Below are positions 1-12,384 of a DNA stretch of 64,000 nt, piece by piece. The DNA is from Proteromonas lacertae (lineage: Eukaryota): the NCBI GenBank assembly GCA_002245135.1, contig NGBS01001172.1, forward strand, positions 62,001-126,000, in the 5' to 3' direction. The notes beneath the pieces are model-generated. The model ran no database searches and was not told where the DNA came from. It worked only from the letters and a program-made list of their open reading frames with translations. A program made the position numbers and the translations under genes. The stretch's first letter is position 1, and every line of letters begins with the position of its first letter.

Positions 1-215
1 AAAGGTAACTCCTAATAGCTTTCATTTTTATGGATTTCATATATAATACATAAATCTATTCTTTGGTCATATATATTATTGATTATCTTTGTTATTTTTC
101 CCAATCTTGTTTAGATTTTTCTAAAAATGAAAGATAAAATTTTATCAAGCTTTTTTTGTTTTTCAAACTCGATTTTATCGATCGATCTTTTTTGATCGAT
201 ATTTAAAACACAATT

Positions 216-2153
216 ATGGCTGATCATGATAGCAGAAAAAGGAGCATAGTGTGGAATTCTTTCATTGAAGATCCAGTTGATGAATGGTATGTAAGATGCG
301 CTATCTGTGGAGCTAGATTATACAGAGGAGTGTCAAAATCAACAACAGGGATGTTGAGGCATTTAAAATTAACTCATAATACAGATTCAGATGATGATAA
401 TTTATCACCTGATACACCAAACGAAAATAGAAGAAAAAGAGCTAGATTGGACAGCAATGCTAGTAATCTATCTATAAACCCTGTAACAATCCCAAGAGTT
501 GCAATAAAAGAGAGAGCAAGCCAAATCAAATTAGCTTTAACTGTTTTATGTGGTGTTGAAGCATTACCTCTTGATTTTGTGCAATCCTCCTCATTTCATT
601 CATTTTGTTCTGTTAGTACAGTAGATATAATAGGATTATTGCCAACTGCTGAACAAATTAGAGATAATCTGATAATATTAAGTGAAAGAGTTAAACAAAA
701 TATTATTTTTGAATTAGAGGATAGTTGTATATACTGTACACTAATGTTTGAAATTTACCAAATAAAATCTCAATCATCAGTTTTACAAATCTCTTGTTCA
801 TGGCTTGACAATGATTTGAGATCAAAGACAGTATTATTAGGTGCAAAAGTTTTCATCCAAACCGGAGATTTGACTGATTTAAATCTATTAATAAAAAGCA
901 TTTTATATCCATATTCATGTATAATGAATAAAATAGTTGCCATAGTAACAATAGATAATGAATTATTAAAGGATAGTCTAGATATATTAACATCAGAAAA
1001 TTATTTAATATCCCATCCAACTATCATTGTATGTTATGCAGATACAGTAAACATATGTATAAAGAATGTAATTAACAAATTTAAACAAGAAGATCCTAAT
1101 TTTTTCATTAGTAAAATGCAATCCATCATATCACTCTTTCAAATGAATTTACCATTAGTTAATAGTTGGGTAAATCAAAAACAGAAACCAGAATTAAGTA
1201 TTGATCCATCATCATCTTCAGATTCATGGATTGCTATTTATAAAACCTTAGTAATAATTGACGAACAATGGGATGAATTTAGTTCATTTATAAAACCATA
1301 TATTGCAGATGATTTATTCTCATCTTTTTTTAACTCTGAAGTAAGAGTATCTATGGGAGATTTTCTGTCACTTATATCTCCTCTTATTGAAATAGTGAAT
1401 ATGACTTTAACTCAAATTAATAATCCTACTATTGGATATGTTTATCCATATATTCGGACTTGTGCTACTTTTTTATTGAGAGAAAATCCTTCACCTGAAG
1501 ATGGTTGGACTTTACCGAAAACTGATTTTGCTATTGAAGTTAGAAAAGCATTGCAAGAGCAGTTTGCTTATACGTGGAGTGCTAGTCCTTCAAAGACTAT
1601 TGCATTATCTTGTGTATTAGATCCAAGGTATAAACAAATGATTGTATTTACTGAGAATGAACAATCACAGATTCATCATGATTTAGTGCAAGAGATAGAG
1701 AATAATCGATTTAAGAATAATCGAAGTACTGGGATGAAGATGAATAATAATGGAAGTAGAGAAACTACTGGTATTACTTCAGCATTTTCTGTATCAAAGG
1801 TTTTTGAAGAAAAATTGAAGTCAGGTGATAGTATACCTAATACCAATAACAAAGATGCAAATTCTATTATTCAAGATTATTTTACTCACGATGTAGAACT
1901 GAATGATACTTTAGATACGACCAATTGGTGGAATACACATAGGGCAAAATACATTGAACTGATTCCATCCGTTAGAAAGTATTGTTGTATACCAGCAACT
2001 GCTGTACCAAGAGATTTTGTTTTTGAAACTAAGCCTCAATCATTTTATGTAAAAAGAGATAGACTAGATGAAGAAATATTGGAGTATGCTGTTCTAATAA
2101 GGAGTAATCTTGAATATGTTGATGAAGATTCAGAAGAATTAGATTTAATATAG
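216..2153 (+). CDS. ZBED/DREF-like domesticated hAT transposase (BED zinc finger + hAT C-terminal dimerisation domain), intronless
   Basis: 645-aa ORF. BED motif (SIVWNSF..CAIC..STTGMLRHLKLTH), LDPRYK motif, C-terminal 'NWW...KYCCIPATAVP'. Catalytic motifs are degenerate. Confidence 0.85.
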   Translation: MADHDSRKRSIVWNSFIEDPVDEWYVRCAICGARLYRGVSKSTTGMLRHLKLTHNTDSDDDNLSPDTPNENRRKRARLDSNASNLSINPVTIPRVAIKERASQIKLALTVLCGVEALPLDFVQSSSFHSFCSVSTVDIIGLLPTAEQIRDNLIILSERVKQNIIFELEDSCIYCTLMFEIYQIKSQSSVLQISCSWLDNDLRSKTVLLGAKVFIQTGDLTDLNLLIKSILYPYSCIMNKIVAIVTIDNELLKDSLDILTSENYLISHPTIIVCYADTVNICIKNVINKFKQEDPNFFISKMQSIISLFQMNLPLVNSWVNQKQKPELSIDPSSSSDSWIAIYKTLVIIDEQWDEFSSFIKPYIADDLFSSFFNSEVRVSMGDFLSLISPLIEIVNMTLTQINNPTIGYVYPYIRTCATFLLRENPSPEDGWTLPKTDFAIEVRKALQEQFAYTWSASPSKTIALSCVLDPRYKQMIVFTENEQSQIHHDLVQEIENNRFKNNRSTGMKMNNNGSRETTGITSAFSVSKVFEEKLKSGDSIPNTNNKDANSIIQDYFTHDVELNDTLDTTNWWNTHRAKYIELIPSVRKYCCIPATAVPRDFVFETKPQSFYVKRDRLDEEILEYAVLIRSNLEYVDEDSEELDLI

Positions 2154-2416
2154 CTTATTTAATTGTTTTAATTAAGTATTGATATGATTTATATTTCGCA
2201 TGAGTTAAAAAGCATAACTACGAGATATCAGTGTGTACAACATCATAACCCTCATGTTTCTCATAGATCTTATGTATTTGAGCATTATAAATCGATGTGT
2301 CAGCATAAAATCTTTTTTATGTGAATCATTAACGAATAATGTGAAATTTTAGAATCAAATCTTTTGATTGGTTTTTATGCAATCTTTTTTTGTTTCGAGT
2401 TTTTGAGCTACTAATC

Positions 2417-3064
2417 ATGGTATATATTCCTATATTCAGCTAATAATTCTCTTTTGGCTCTCACAACCCATTGATAATAAATATCTTTACTTTTATAGAT
2501 ATTATTCTTCTTATGTATGAACCAACAAGGCCAAATTCGTCTATCAAAATGGTATACTCTGACTGATTTATTTTAGGTACAATAATTTATCCGATGAAGA
2601 TGAAAAAGCCAGAATAGAAAATGAAATTCATAAAATAATTACCCAAAGAGATACACAATGGACTAAATTCATTGAAGTATATAGTTATTTGCTATACACA
2701 TACTAGTACCGAACCTACAAACTAATTTACAGAAAATATGCTGCTCTTTATTTCATCATGGCTACAGATATTAATGACAATGAAATGTTATATTTAGAGA
2801 CAATTCACTGTATGAATCAACATATTTTATTGTCTATATTGTAGTATATGTCGAAATATTGGATGCCTACTTTAAGAATGTCCAAGAACGACATATCATG
2901 TACAACTTTTATAAGGTATAAATATAATGGTATAATCTTATGAATAATAGTGTTATCAAATCCTGGATGAGTTTATTATTGGAGGAGAGATTCTTGAAAC
3001 AAACAAGGCTAATATCTTGGAGAGAATGGCAAATTATGATAAGTTAGAAAAAGAGCAAAAGTAA
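2417..3064 (+). CDS. AP2S1: AP-2 adaptor complex sigma subunit (multi-exon)
   Basis: Manual splicing of GT-AG introns gives [20 protein letters not shown]...[13 protein letters not shown]...[24 protein letters not shown], the clathrin adaptor small-chain pattern, closest to sigma-2. Confidence 0.85.
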
Positions 3065-3285
3065 TAATAAATATGTATTATGTTATTTACCCAATTTCTT
3101 TTATTCTTTATTTGATTTTATATTTCATAATAAAAATATTGGATATACAGGATGATATTATTGATATAATTGTAATACAGAACAAAATGAAGGATGTGAA
3201 AATGAGAAAAACGTTTTAAAAAAGGTTTGAGAAAAGATTTGATATTTTCAAAAACTGTCAGTTTTCACTTTTACTCGTTATACAG

Positions 3286-4962
3286 ATGAGCAGAAATAGA
3301 AATTTTCTTGAAAAGGTATCACAAGTGCTTTATATTTGTTAGTTTAAAAATAAAATGACCAATATTCAAAAGGATGGTACAATTGTCGCAACACCTTCCT
3401 CTATCACTCGTGAAGGATCGGCGAACAATGTGTTAAGAAGTTCCGCAAGAAATTTCCTAGGTGGCTCCAGAGATGAAGTATTATTGAAAATTGATATTAT
3501 CTATTAGAATTTAAGTAGTCAGTCATTCAGAGGAAGTAGTGCCTTTCCATCAAGTCCATTAGAACAACCAAGACCCATGGTTCCTACATATTCACCTACT
3601 CGTACTCCAGCTAAACAATTTTCACCAACAAATCAACAACCAATAATTCAATCAGCTCCAAATCCAACAAATCAAAGAGCATCCAGCAGAAGTAAATTAA
3701 AAGATCTTTACAGAGCTTCAGGTATAACCAATAAAGAGCCAACTCCTAAAGTTAATGATTTCTCTAACCAAGGTTCTGTCAGATCAAAACCAGTGGAAGG
3801 ATCTTATATGGACATGATTCCTCCAAATTGTGCTGTAGATGATACATCCTATCAAAATCGTAAACCTACTCTATTTTCATCACATCAAAACTATTTTGCA
3901 AGTTCAGTAACACCATCTAACTATAGTAATCATCATCATCATAATTTCCCTACTTCAAATAATATAGTTCCAAACCCTAATCCAAACCCATCTCTAATAC
4001 CTGTCTTACAATCTAATAATAATAGTTTCAATAATAATAATAATAATAATAATAATAACTATCAATCTATACATGAAAATCCAATAGTTTATCATTCACC
4101 AAAATCATATGATGATGATGGTAATGAGTTGGATACTTTAAGTAAATTTGCTAATAATTATACGCCTATGAGTAATATTAATATGAGTAATATAAATTAT
4201 AACACTCCTTCTATGTTTGAAGAACCATCTATTGTTAATAAATATAATAATAATAATGTATTTGATACTCCACTATTTAATGATTATGATGATAATGAAG
4301 AAGATAATGATGATGATACGCCATATTCAAGACGAAGTAATCGATCGAATTATTCAGATATGAAGAGAAGAGCTAATAACAATAATAATTATAATAATAA
4401 TAGAAGAAATAGACAACAACAGAATAACCCAAAGGAAGGGTTTGGTAGAAAAGAAACAAGTAGTAAAAAAGAAATACCAGAAAATATAAATGAGAAATTA
4501 GTGAAGAATGAAAAAGATCAATTATATTTCAGTAAAAAGGCAAGACAAGTGAATTATCAGCCTAAAACATTAGCTGAATATAAGAGTCAAAAGACTGATA
4601 AATATTATGAGTTAGGAACTTTACCTCCTGATTTGAACAGAGATGATTTGGTTGAAAAACGTAAAATAGTAGATAAAATGAAGCAATATGGTGAAGAAAT
4701 GAGTAAATTAAATAGACAGAAATTATCACAAAATCCACCTAAACAGAAACAACCTGCTCCTAAAGAGAAATCGAATAGAGAAAAAGCATTGGAATTTGCT
4801 AAAAATATTCCGAAGCCAGTGGTTAAACCAAAATCTAAACCTGTACAACAGAAAGAAGTTGCTTCACCTGTTGCTTATGAAGATGATTCGTTAGCTGAAC
4901 TAGAAAAACAACATCAAGAATATGAGATGGATATTGAAAGTATGATGAAACAGTATTTATAG
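3286..4962 (+). CDS. Asn-rich protein with C-terminal JHY (DUF4591)-like ciliary domain
   Basis: Two short introns join ATG 3286 to the 3577-4962 ORF. C-terminus YQPKTLAEYK..LGTLPPDL..KMKQYGE..REKALEFAKNIPKP resembles JHY (from recall). Confidence 0.65.
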
Positions 4963-5087
4963 TCCTTTATGCACATATGTAATTTTTGATTTGTGTTTTT
5001 CTATGGTTGTTTTATGAGTAACAAAGAAATAACCCAACGAAACATCTTTTATTCCAAATAAGAAAGCCTCTTTATCATATTAGTAAT

Positions 5088-5372
5088 TTATCGAAGTCTT
5101 CTAGCTTCTCTTTCCCATTCAAGAAGACATAATACATCACCTACACGAACTGGTCCCTAAAATATAAAAAAGATGTATTATACTTTTACATTTCTGATAA
5201 TTGAACGACTTGTATCATCGTTGAATTCTACTCTGACCTATTTCATATAAATGAACGAAATATACTTGGGTGACATTACCTGTGTTACCAGTTCTACCAA
5301 GAATTTGTTTTACAGTGGCGTGTTTGAAATCAGCAGCGTCCTAGACGAATGTATATCGAGAAAACATACCAT
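5088..5372 (-). CDS. RPS28: 40S ribosomal protein S28 (eS28), 3 introns
   Basis: Spliced: [66 protein letters not shown]. Confidence 0.97.
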
Positions 5373-5391
5373 GATTGAAATATTGATAATG

Positions 5392-5477
5392 ATGAGGCTT
5401 AACTCGATATAAAAATTCTATTTAATTACAACATATCATTTTGATTAAATAAGCTTTTAATAGTTTTTAAGCCTCAT
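5392..5477. promoter_or_regulatory. Bidirectional promoter with inverted 11-mer TTAAGCCTCAT
   Basis: ATGAGGCTTAA at 5392-5402 and TTAAGCCTCAT at 5467-5477, each ~20-30 nt upstream of one of the divergent ATGs (5372, 5507). Confidence 0.55.
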
Positions 5478-5506
5478 TTCTTTTTGATTTTTAAAAAGGC
5501 AGAAAT

Positions 5507-5795
5507 ATGGGTTCTGAAGCACTCTATATTGGTTCAATTCTTTACTTGATATTCGGTTTGATCGGTTGTTGCTGTTCATCGTTGTGTTTTAGATTCGGTA
5601 GAATAACTCGTGATTCTAAAGGGTATAATTGGATATATTGTTGTTAGTATATGCTATGTTGCATGGACACTCGCTGCTTTCTTTATGTGGATTTTATGGG
5701 CTTGTATTTGGTTACATCAGGTATTCTTACTCCATTTTTTATATTTATAGTGGCATCCATTAATTGCTCCATCAATTTCACTTGAAGGAGAGTAA
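5507..5795 (+). CDS. V-type ATPase V0 subunit e, 2 introns
   Basis: Small two-TM protein ending FFMWILWACIWLHQWHPLIAP, the subunit e signature. Confidence 0.85.
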
Positions 5796-5905
5796 TAGAT
5801 GTATAGATAAATGTTCTTTAAGTTAATTTATTTTGACGTTTCATTTCTTGTTATTTGATATAAACCCAACAACAATAATGACGGGAAAAATAAGCACAAG
5901 CTAAG

Positions 5906-6920
5906 TTACACATTATAATTTCTAGGGGAATTGGTTATTGGAGGAGTTACTAAATTAATCAAACCATCTGTCAAAACTACTTCAGATACTGTAGTAGGAG
6001 ATGGACCACATGGACAAAAATGAAATACTGATTGATGATATCTTAGTTTCTGAGCACTTGACAGTTCTTTTTCACAATAAATACACTTAAACAATTTCTT
6101 CAAATGTTTTGTATTAATATGAGAATCAAGACCTGACCTTGTATTATATACTTTATTACATCCTTCATGTGGACATTTGTACACTCTTCTACTATTGTTA
6201 TGTATTTGTTTGTGATTTTCTAATGAATGTGATTGTGTAAAAGACTGAGAGCATATAGGACATATATATGGTTTTAGTAGTTGCACTGAATCGGGATGTG
6301 CTGATTTTATGTGTATATCTAACTCTTGCTTTGATGCAAACTTACTATTACATTCATTACAGACAATACTTAGGTTATGTGTTTGTAAATGTTTTTGTAA
6401 CAATTGATTTGTACAAAAACATTCGTTACAAGATTCATATGTACATTTGTGTGATTTTTCCTATTAGAATTACGGAAATTGTTTATACTTCACAGTGTCT
6501 TTTGAAATTTTCTTCCTTTTTAAATGTTTTCCAACATTTTTCACATTTATACTTTGGTGGACCTTGATGCACTCGTATAATATGAAACCTTAGATCTCTT
6601 TTTGTTTTAAAGCTATTAAGTATTATATACTTTATAATTATACACTTCATCACAATTTGGATCTGTACATGGAATTTCTTTCTTATCAGAATGCCTAAGA
6701 AACAATATCACTAATTCACAAATACATGTTATCTACGTGTCTTCTGTAATGTTCCGGCCTTGATGCATAATAACTACAACCTGGATACGGACATTTTATA
6801 TAACCCTAGAATATATCATCACTGTAAAATTACTGTTTTAAAGTGTATTTTCATGTGCCTTAGATAATGTTGACGTTGTGAAAAACTTTGGTGACACTCA
6901 CTACATGCAAATCTGTCCAT
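5906..6920 (-). CDS. C2H2 zinc-finger protein with ~9 fingers (TFIIIA-like)
   Basis: Spliced product starts MDRFACSECHQSF..HMKIH. Fingers CSEC, CPYPGC, CTDPNC, CEKC, CTYESC, CNEC, CPIC, CPHEGC, CIYC. TFIIIA orthology is inferred from finger count only. Confidence 0.8.
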
Positions 6921-6962
6921 TTCATCAAAATTACTAAGCTTGGCTTGTTAACATTGAATAAA

Positions 6963-8213
6963 ATGACTTCAATTTTTGACATAATTAAGAAAGCTAAGGA
7001 GAAAAACAATATCGAAGATCTTCCTATTCTTCAAGTATTACATGAATTTATGATAATTAGCACGTGTCTCAGAATGCACAGAAATCTGACTCAAAACAAG
7101 TTGTTGACGAAATTAATAATGATGACTTCATCCCATTTGTCGCTTTTGAAGAAAAGAAAGTAAGTGCAGACGATGTAGTTGAAAATATCTCAATTCCACC
7201 TTGGATCCCTGCATCAAGTCGACCTAATGGAAGATTATATCCATCTAACAATCCAATATGTAGATTACACGAAGAATTGATAGATTTTGTTAAATTCATA
7301 AGTTTAACTGATGAAGAAGTGGAAATAAGAAATGATTTAATAAAAACAATAAATGATGTTTCATTAAAGATATGGCCAGAATCTAAACTATCAGTGTTTG
7401 GGTCATTTAAGACAAACACGTATAAGATTTATTTAATTTTATATTCATTTAGTTCTTTACCAGATAGTGATATTGATGTAATGATTTCTAATGTTCCAGT
7501 AAACCCTAAAGATGTAACTATACATATGAACAAACTAAAAGATATATCATTTTATGAACAGACTAAACAATTTACAATATATTTCTTTAATTTTTTGATG
7601 TTTTAAGCTTTGAATAACATTTCATTTTTTGAATTCGTTGATGTTATTAGTAAAGCAACAGTACCAATAATTAAATTGAGAAGTAAAGATAGTCATATTT
7701 GGATAGACATATCATTTAATGAAGAATCAGCTGAGTCTTCATGTAATTTATCACTAACACTACTTCAAGTATATATATATATATATTCTATTAGACTTAT
7801 CCAAGTTTGAGATGTTTATATATGACAGTTAAATATTTAATCAGACAAAGAGACTTAAATGTGACATTTAGAGGAGGTTTAGGATCTTATCTTTTATTAT
7901 CAATGTGTATTTGTGCTATTCAAAATGTAATAAAGTATTCTATATAAATATTAAAGAATAATGTAATATTTTTAGAGAGAAAAAAGATAGTTTAAATCTT
8001 GGTATTTGCTTTTTAGAGTTTTTCACTATATTTGGTCATGGATTATGTTATCGTGAAGTTGGTGTTTCAGTCAGTAAAGGAGGTTCATTCTTTTTAAAAT
8101 ATGATGAAGATTTTTATGAAAATGAAAAAGATAGTTTATTGTGTTTTGAGAACATTAATGATGTTGATATGGATATTGGTAATAATGCTTGGGCTACAAA
8201 TGTATATATAAAT

Positions 8214-8245
<32 letters not shown>

Positions 8246-8885
8246 TAAATAGAAATGGAAGCCATGCATAAGAAATGGATTTGAATTATTAATTAGATTA
8301 TTAATAGATAATGATTCTAGAAAGACAATATTAGGGTATTTAATATATCAAAATGAAACACTCATTAAAAGAAAACAGTTTGTTAAAATAGATAGATTAG
8401 ATGATTCTTTATTTACAAAATTTGATAATGTCAAACCAAATCCAAAAGATCAATATAAAACAGATAGAAAATCGCAGTATAAGAAAACACCAAATCATCA
8501 CCACACTAATAATAATAATAAAACTATTTCACCAATACCAACTACTCCTTCTAGTTTACCTTTTAATAAATTGAATATAAGTGGTGCTAGTAGTAATAAG
8601 AAGTCAAAATCATCTCCTCCTCCTTCAACAACAACAACTTCTGCTTTATTTGCTGCTGGTAAAAAGACTCCAAGAACATCAACATCAAATACAAATTCAG
8701 TTAGTAAGAACAATAAAAGAAATGATAATAAATATAAAATGAAGAAATCAATACCGTTTAAACATGATGATTATGAAGATGAGTCTTATATAGATGAGAG
8801 TAATAATTATAAAAGGAATAGAAATTATAGTAATTCTTCAAAGAACAATCAGAGTTTTTATAATCATAAGAAGAGTAGAAAGTAA
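6963..8885 (+). CDS. Non-canonical poly(A) polymerase, TRF4/PAPD5 (TENT4)-like, multi-exon
   Basis: RLHEELIDFVKFI, VFGSFKT..LPDSDIDV, ATVPIIKL..IDISFN and GGLGSY motifs; low-complexity C-terminal tail. Confidence 0.9.
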
Positions 8886-11763
8886 ATAGATAATTATTTG
8901 TATATGATATTGTTGTTGTGTTGAGTTGTTTGTTTTTAAGAAGATAACGAGAATATAACAATGAATTAAATGTTTCTTTATATAATCAATTATGCTAAAT
9001 ACTATCATGTTAACTAACATCAAAATAAAAAAACCTCTCATATTATCTATGTAAAATTGACTATTTCTGTTCTTTTTCGCATTACAATAAGATGAATAAT
9101 AACTCATTTTATCATCACTCAATGATGGAAAATTTATCTCTATAAAAGGATATTTGTGACAATCTAACGATTTTGAGTAGATATAACTTAATGTATAAAT
9201 TCCTATATTATTCCCACTTAGAATTATTTTATTACAATTCCTTAATGAATGCATTCTATTTGCTAATGAATATATATTCTCATTATCTATTAATGTATTA
9301 CTCAAATTCATTTCATAATCATCATTTACCAACTTATTTAAATTATCATATAATAAATCAAATCCATTATAACTTATTGGATTATCTATTATATATACAT
9401 ATGTATAATATCAATAAATAATACTATGAATATATAACTTTTCTATGTAATCATTTTCTTTCATGTAATATATCAAATATTTTATTCCATCTGAATCAAT
9501 ATTATTATTACTAATATTCAGTTTTATATTTTTATCAATTCTATTTAAACCATCAACTAAGTGTTTTAAACCAACTAAAGATAAGCTCATTCCTATTAAA
9601 TTACATTATTTAATAATAATAATAATAATAATACTAGAACAGTTAAGATTATTTGCATCATCAATTAACAAATCTAAATATGGAGATAATATTTTCATTC
9701 CTTCGTCTCCTATTTCATTTCCATATATTTGAAGCTCTCTAAGATTTGGAAGCGAAGATAAGTTGTTAATCAGTATCTCTATGCTTTCATATGTTGAATT
9801 ATTATCTAAATATAAAGAAAAATATATCTAATAATACTACTCAAATACAACTTTTCTATTTCTCTTAATTCATTCGATCTTAATGAAATAAATGATTTGA
9901 ATATATCATCATTTATTCCTAAATCATTCAGATATAATTCATTGCCATTTTTTATGTATTTGATTAATTCTGGAATTCTTTTATCATTCAATAATTCTTT
10001 TCTTCCATTAATATCAAAATTGATCTTTGATATTGGGAATTTGGAGAATAAGACTTTTAATACAGCAGAATGAATATCATCGTTTTCTTTAACATCTATT
10101 CTGTTTAGTCTTGGATATTTATATAATTCTGAGGATAATAACATCATTGAATCATCATCCAATTTCATTCCTGAAAGATTCATTTCTTTGTTATTGTTGA
10201 TTAATAAATGTAAATGTGGAACTAATAATTCGAATCCTGTTGAACCAATCAAATTATCTATTTCAAAATAGTATTTAATAATATTAGAATAATAATTAAT
10301 ACTATGAAAGTCTACAAAATCTAATTTCATAAATGGAATTCATTCAACAAATGATTCTATGAAATGATAACTAATATGACATCCAAATAACTATAATTCT
10401 TGAAGATTTTGTAACTGATAAAATTCTATTCCAAATGATGATTGATAATAAGTTGGAATATCAATATCATCTATAAATCAATAGAAATTACAAATATACA
10501 AAACCAGAGTCTTGTTGGGTTGATTACTTTTAATAATCGAAATAGATATTTTATACCTTCTTCACAAACACAAAAATTTTCATTATTAATAGATAATATC
10601 TCATTATCATTATCATCTACATCAATATCAAATATCATTTCATCTAGATAGCAGTCTTTGAATCCTTCACTCTGGTGATGAATTTGATATTTCATATTAT
10701 TTTTTATGGAATAATCTCTTTTGTAGATTTTCATCATCAATAGGATTGACAGTATATTTTCATTATACTTATTATTGTATAAGTCTATTAAATCATCTCG
10801 AATTTCTATTTAATTGTTATATATATTATTCATACTTTCTCTCTTATTATTCTCAAGGTAATATTTTGTTTTAATATCTACTAATAGTGAGATTTCTATT
10901 AAATAATCATTATTGAATAGTATTCCTTTTCTTTCTTCACATATCATCAAATTATTATCATCATCTTTCAATATTTCACTCATATTTATCATTTCTTTTC
11001 TCAACTCTTTCAAACTCAATCGATCTTCATTATTCACTTTCAACATTCTATATATCATTTCTTTCATCACATCATCACACTCTACATTAAAACTGTATTT
11101 ACATCTCATAATATTATTCAGAGTTTTATTCATATTATCATCTTCATCAAATGGTAATTTCTTTACAAATCATTTCATATAATATACATCCAATTGACCA
11201 AATCACACTTCGATCATTACATTCATATCCATTCAATTCTTCTGGGCTTTTGAAACACATATCATATAATCTCATTTCTTCTTCTTTTCTCAATAGATCC
11301 AAGCACAAATCACACATCTTTACTTTCTTATTCTCTATTACAATGTTTGAACTCTTCAAATTATCAATCACTAAATCATATTCACTCAATATCATCAATA
11401 TATCACATATTGAACTTATTTCATTACATGTATCAATACTTGAAATTGGCTCACTCTTAATTATATCATCCACATCTTTCAAATAATAGCTTCTTGATAA
11501 TATCATCATATTATCCCCGAAATTCTGTATCTGACATGGACAGACGAAATATAAACAATTTTCGGAAATAATTTGGTTAATCTCATAAAATTTTGATATG
11601 CTCTCTTTATCAACTTGATCAATATTTATTATTTTCAACACTCGTTGTTCTGCTATAAAATCAATCTCACTAACACTTCTTTCAATTCTTTCTCTTATCT
11701 ATAAAATATAAATAAAAATAATAAAAATACAGAAATGTCACCAATTATAGAGTTGTATAACAT
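8838..11763 (-). pseudogene. Degenerate kinase + leucine-rich-repeat protein with C-terminal TM segment, apparently disrupted
   Basis: Kinase subdomain remnants (LKSSNI, SPEELNG, IWSIGCILYEM) followed by RI-like LRRs. Frameshift at ~11163, in-frame TAG (10391-10393) and TGA (10340-10342). Last ORF runs into the convergent gene. Confidence 0.6.
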
Positions 11764-12384
11764 ATTTTAAAATCTATTTAAATATGAAAATGAAACTTGG
11801 CTTGAAAATAAAATAAAAAATCTTTGACTTTAAAGTGATTATTTCAATAACCATAAGGAACTGATCAACAAAAATATGCCAAACCTTTTATTATATGTTT
11901 AACTATACTGTAGTATATTTAGTTTTATAGTTACCTGATTCAGGTTATTTCTTTCTTTTGTAAAACTAATCATATAATCTGATAAATAATAATGAAATTT
12001 ATTACTGTTTAAAATTTTATAGTATAAATCCTTTTGTAGAATTCAAAAAATAAGGTCAAAGTGTCAAAAATGCGAAAAACTCAGATCGAAATTCACACAA
12101 AAATCGATTTTTGATAATATTCTACTAGTTTTTGATAACTCCTGCTAATTAAGGATCACCAAATAAATTAATTTCACCCTTTATATCGTGATTCATTTAT
12201 GGATTATAAATAATATACAAAAAATCTAGATTTAGTGATAAATGATAATAGTGTATTTGGATAAGTATATAATTGAAAATTTCATAGTAATAGAAAAGAA
12301 GAAAAGGTAAAAATATATTACATAAAATTAATAACAATTATAAAATAAAATATATAAAAGTATAATAGCAGAAATTTATAGAAC

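Noticed and set aside
10340..10393. Stop-codon reassignment (TAG/TGA read as sense)
   Set aside because: TAA, TAG and TGA all terminate conserved genes here and Trp is TGG elsewhere; in-frame stops are confined to one damaged locus.
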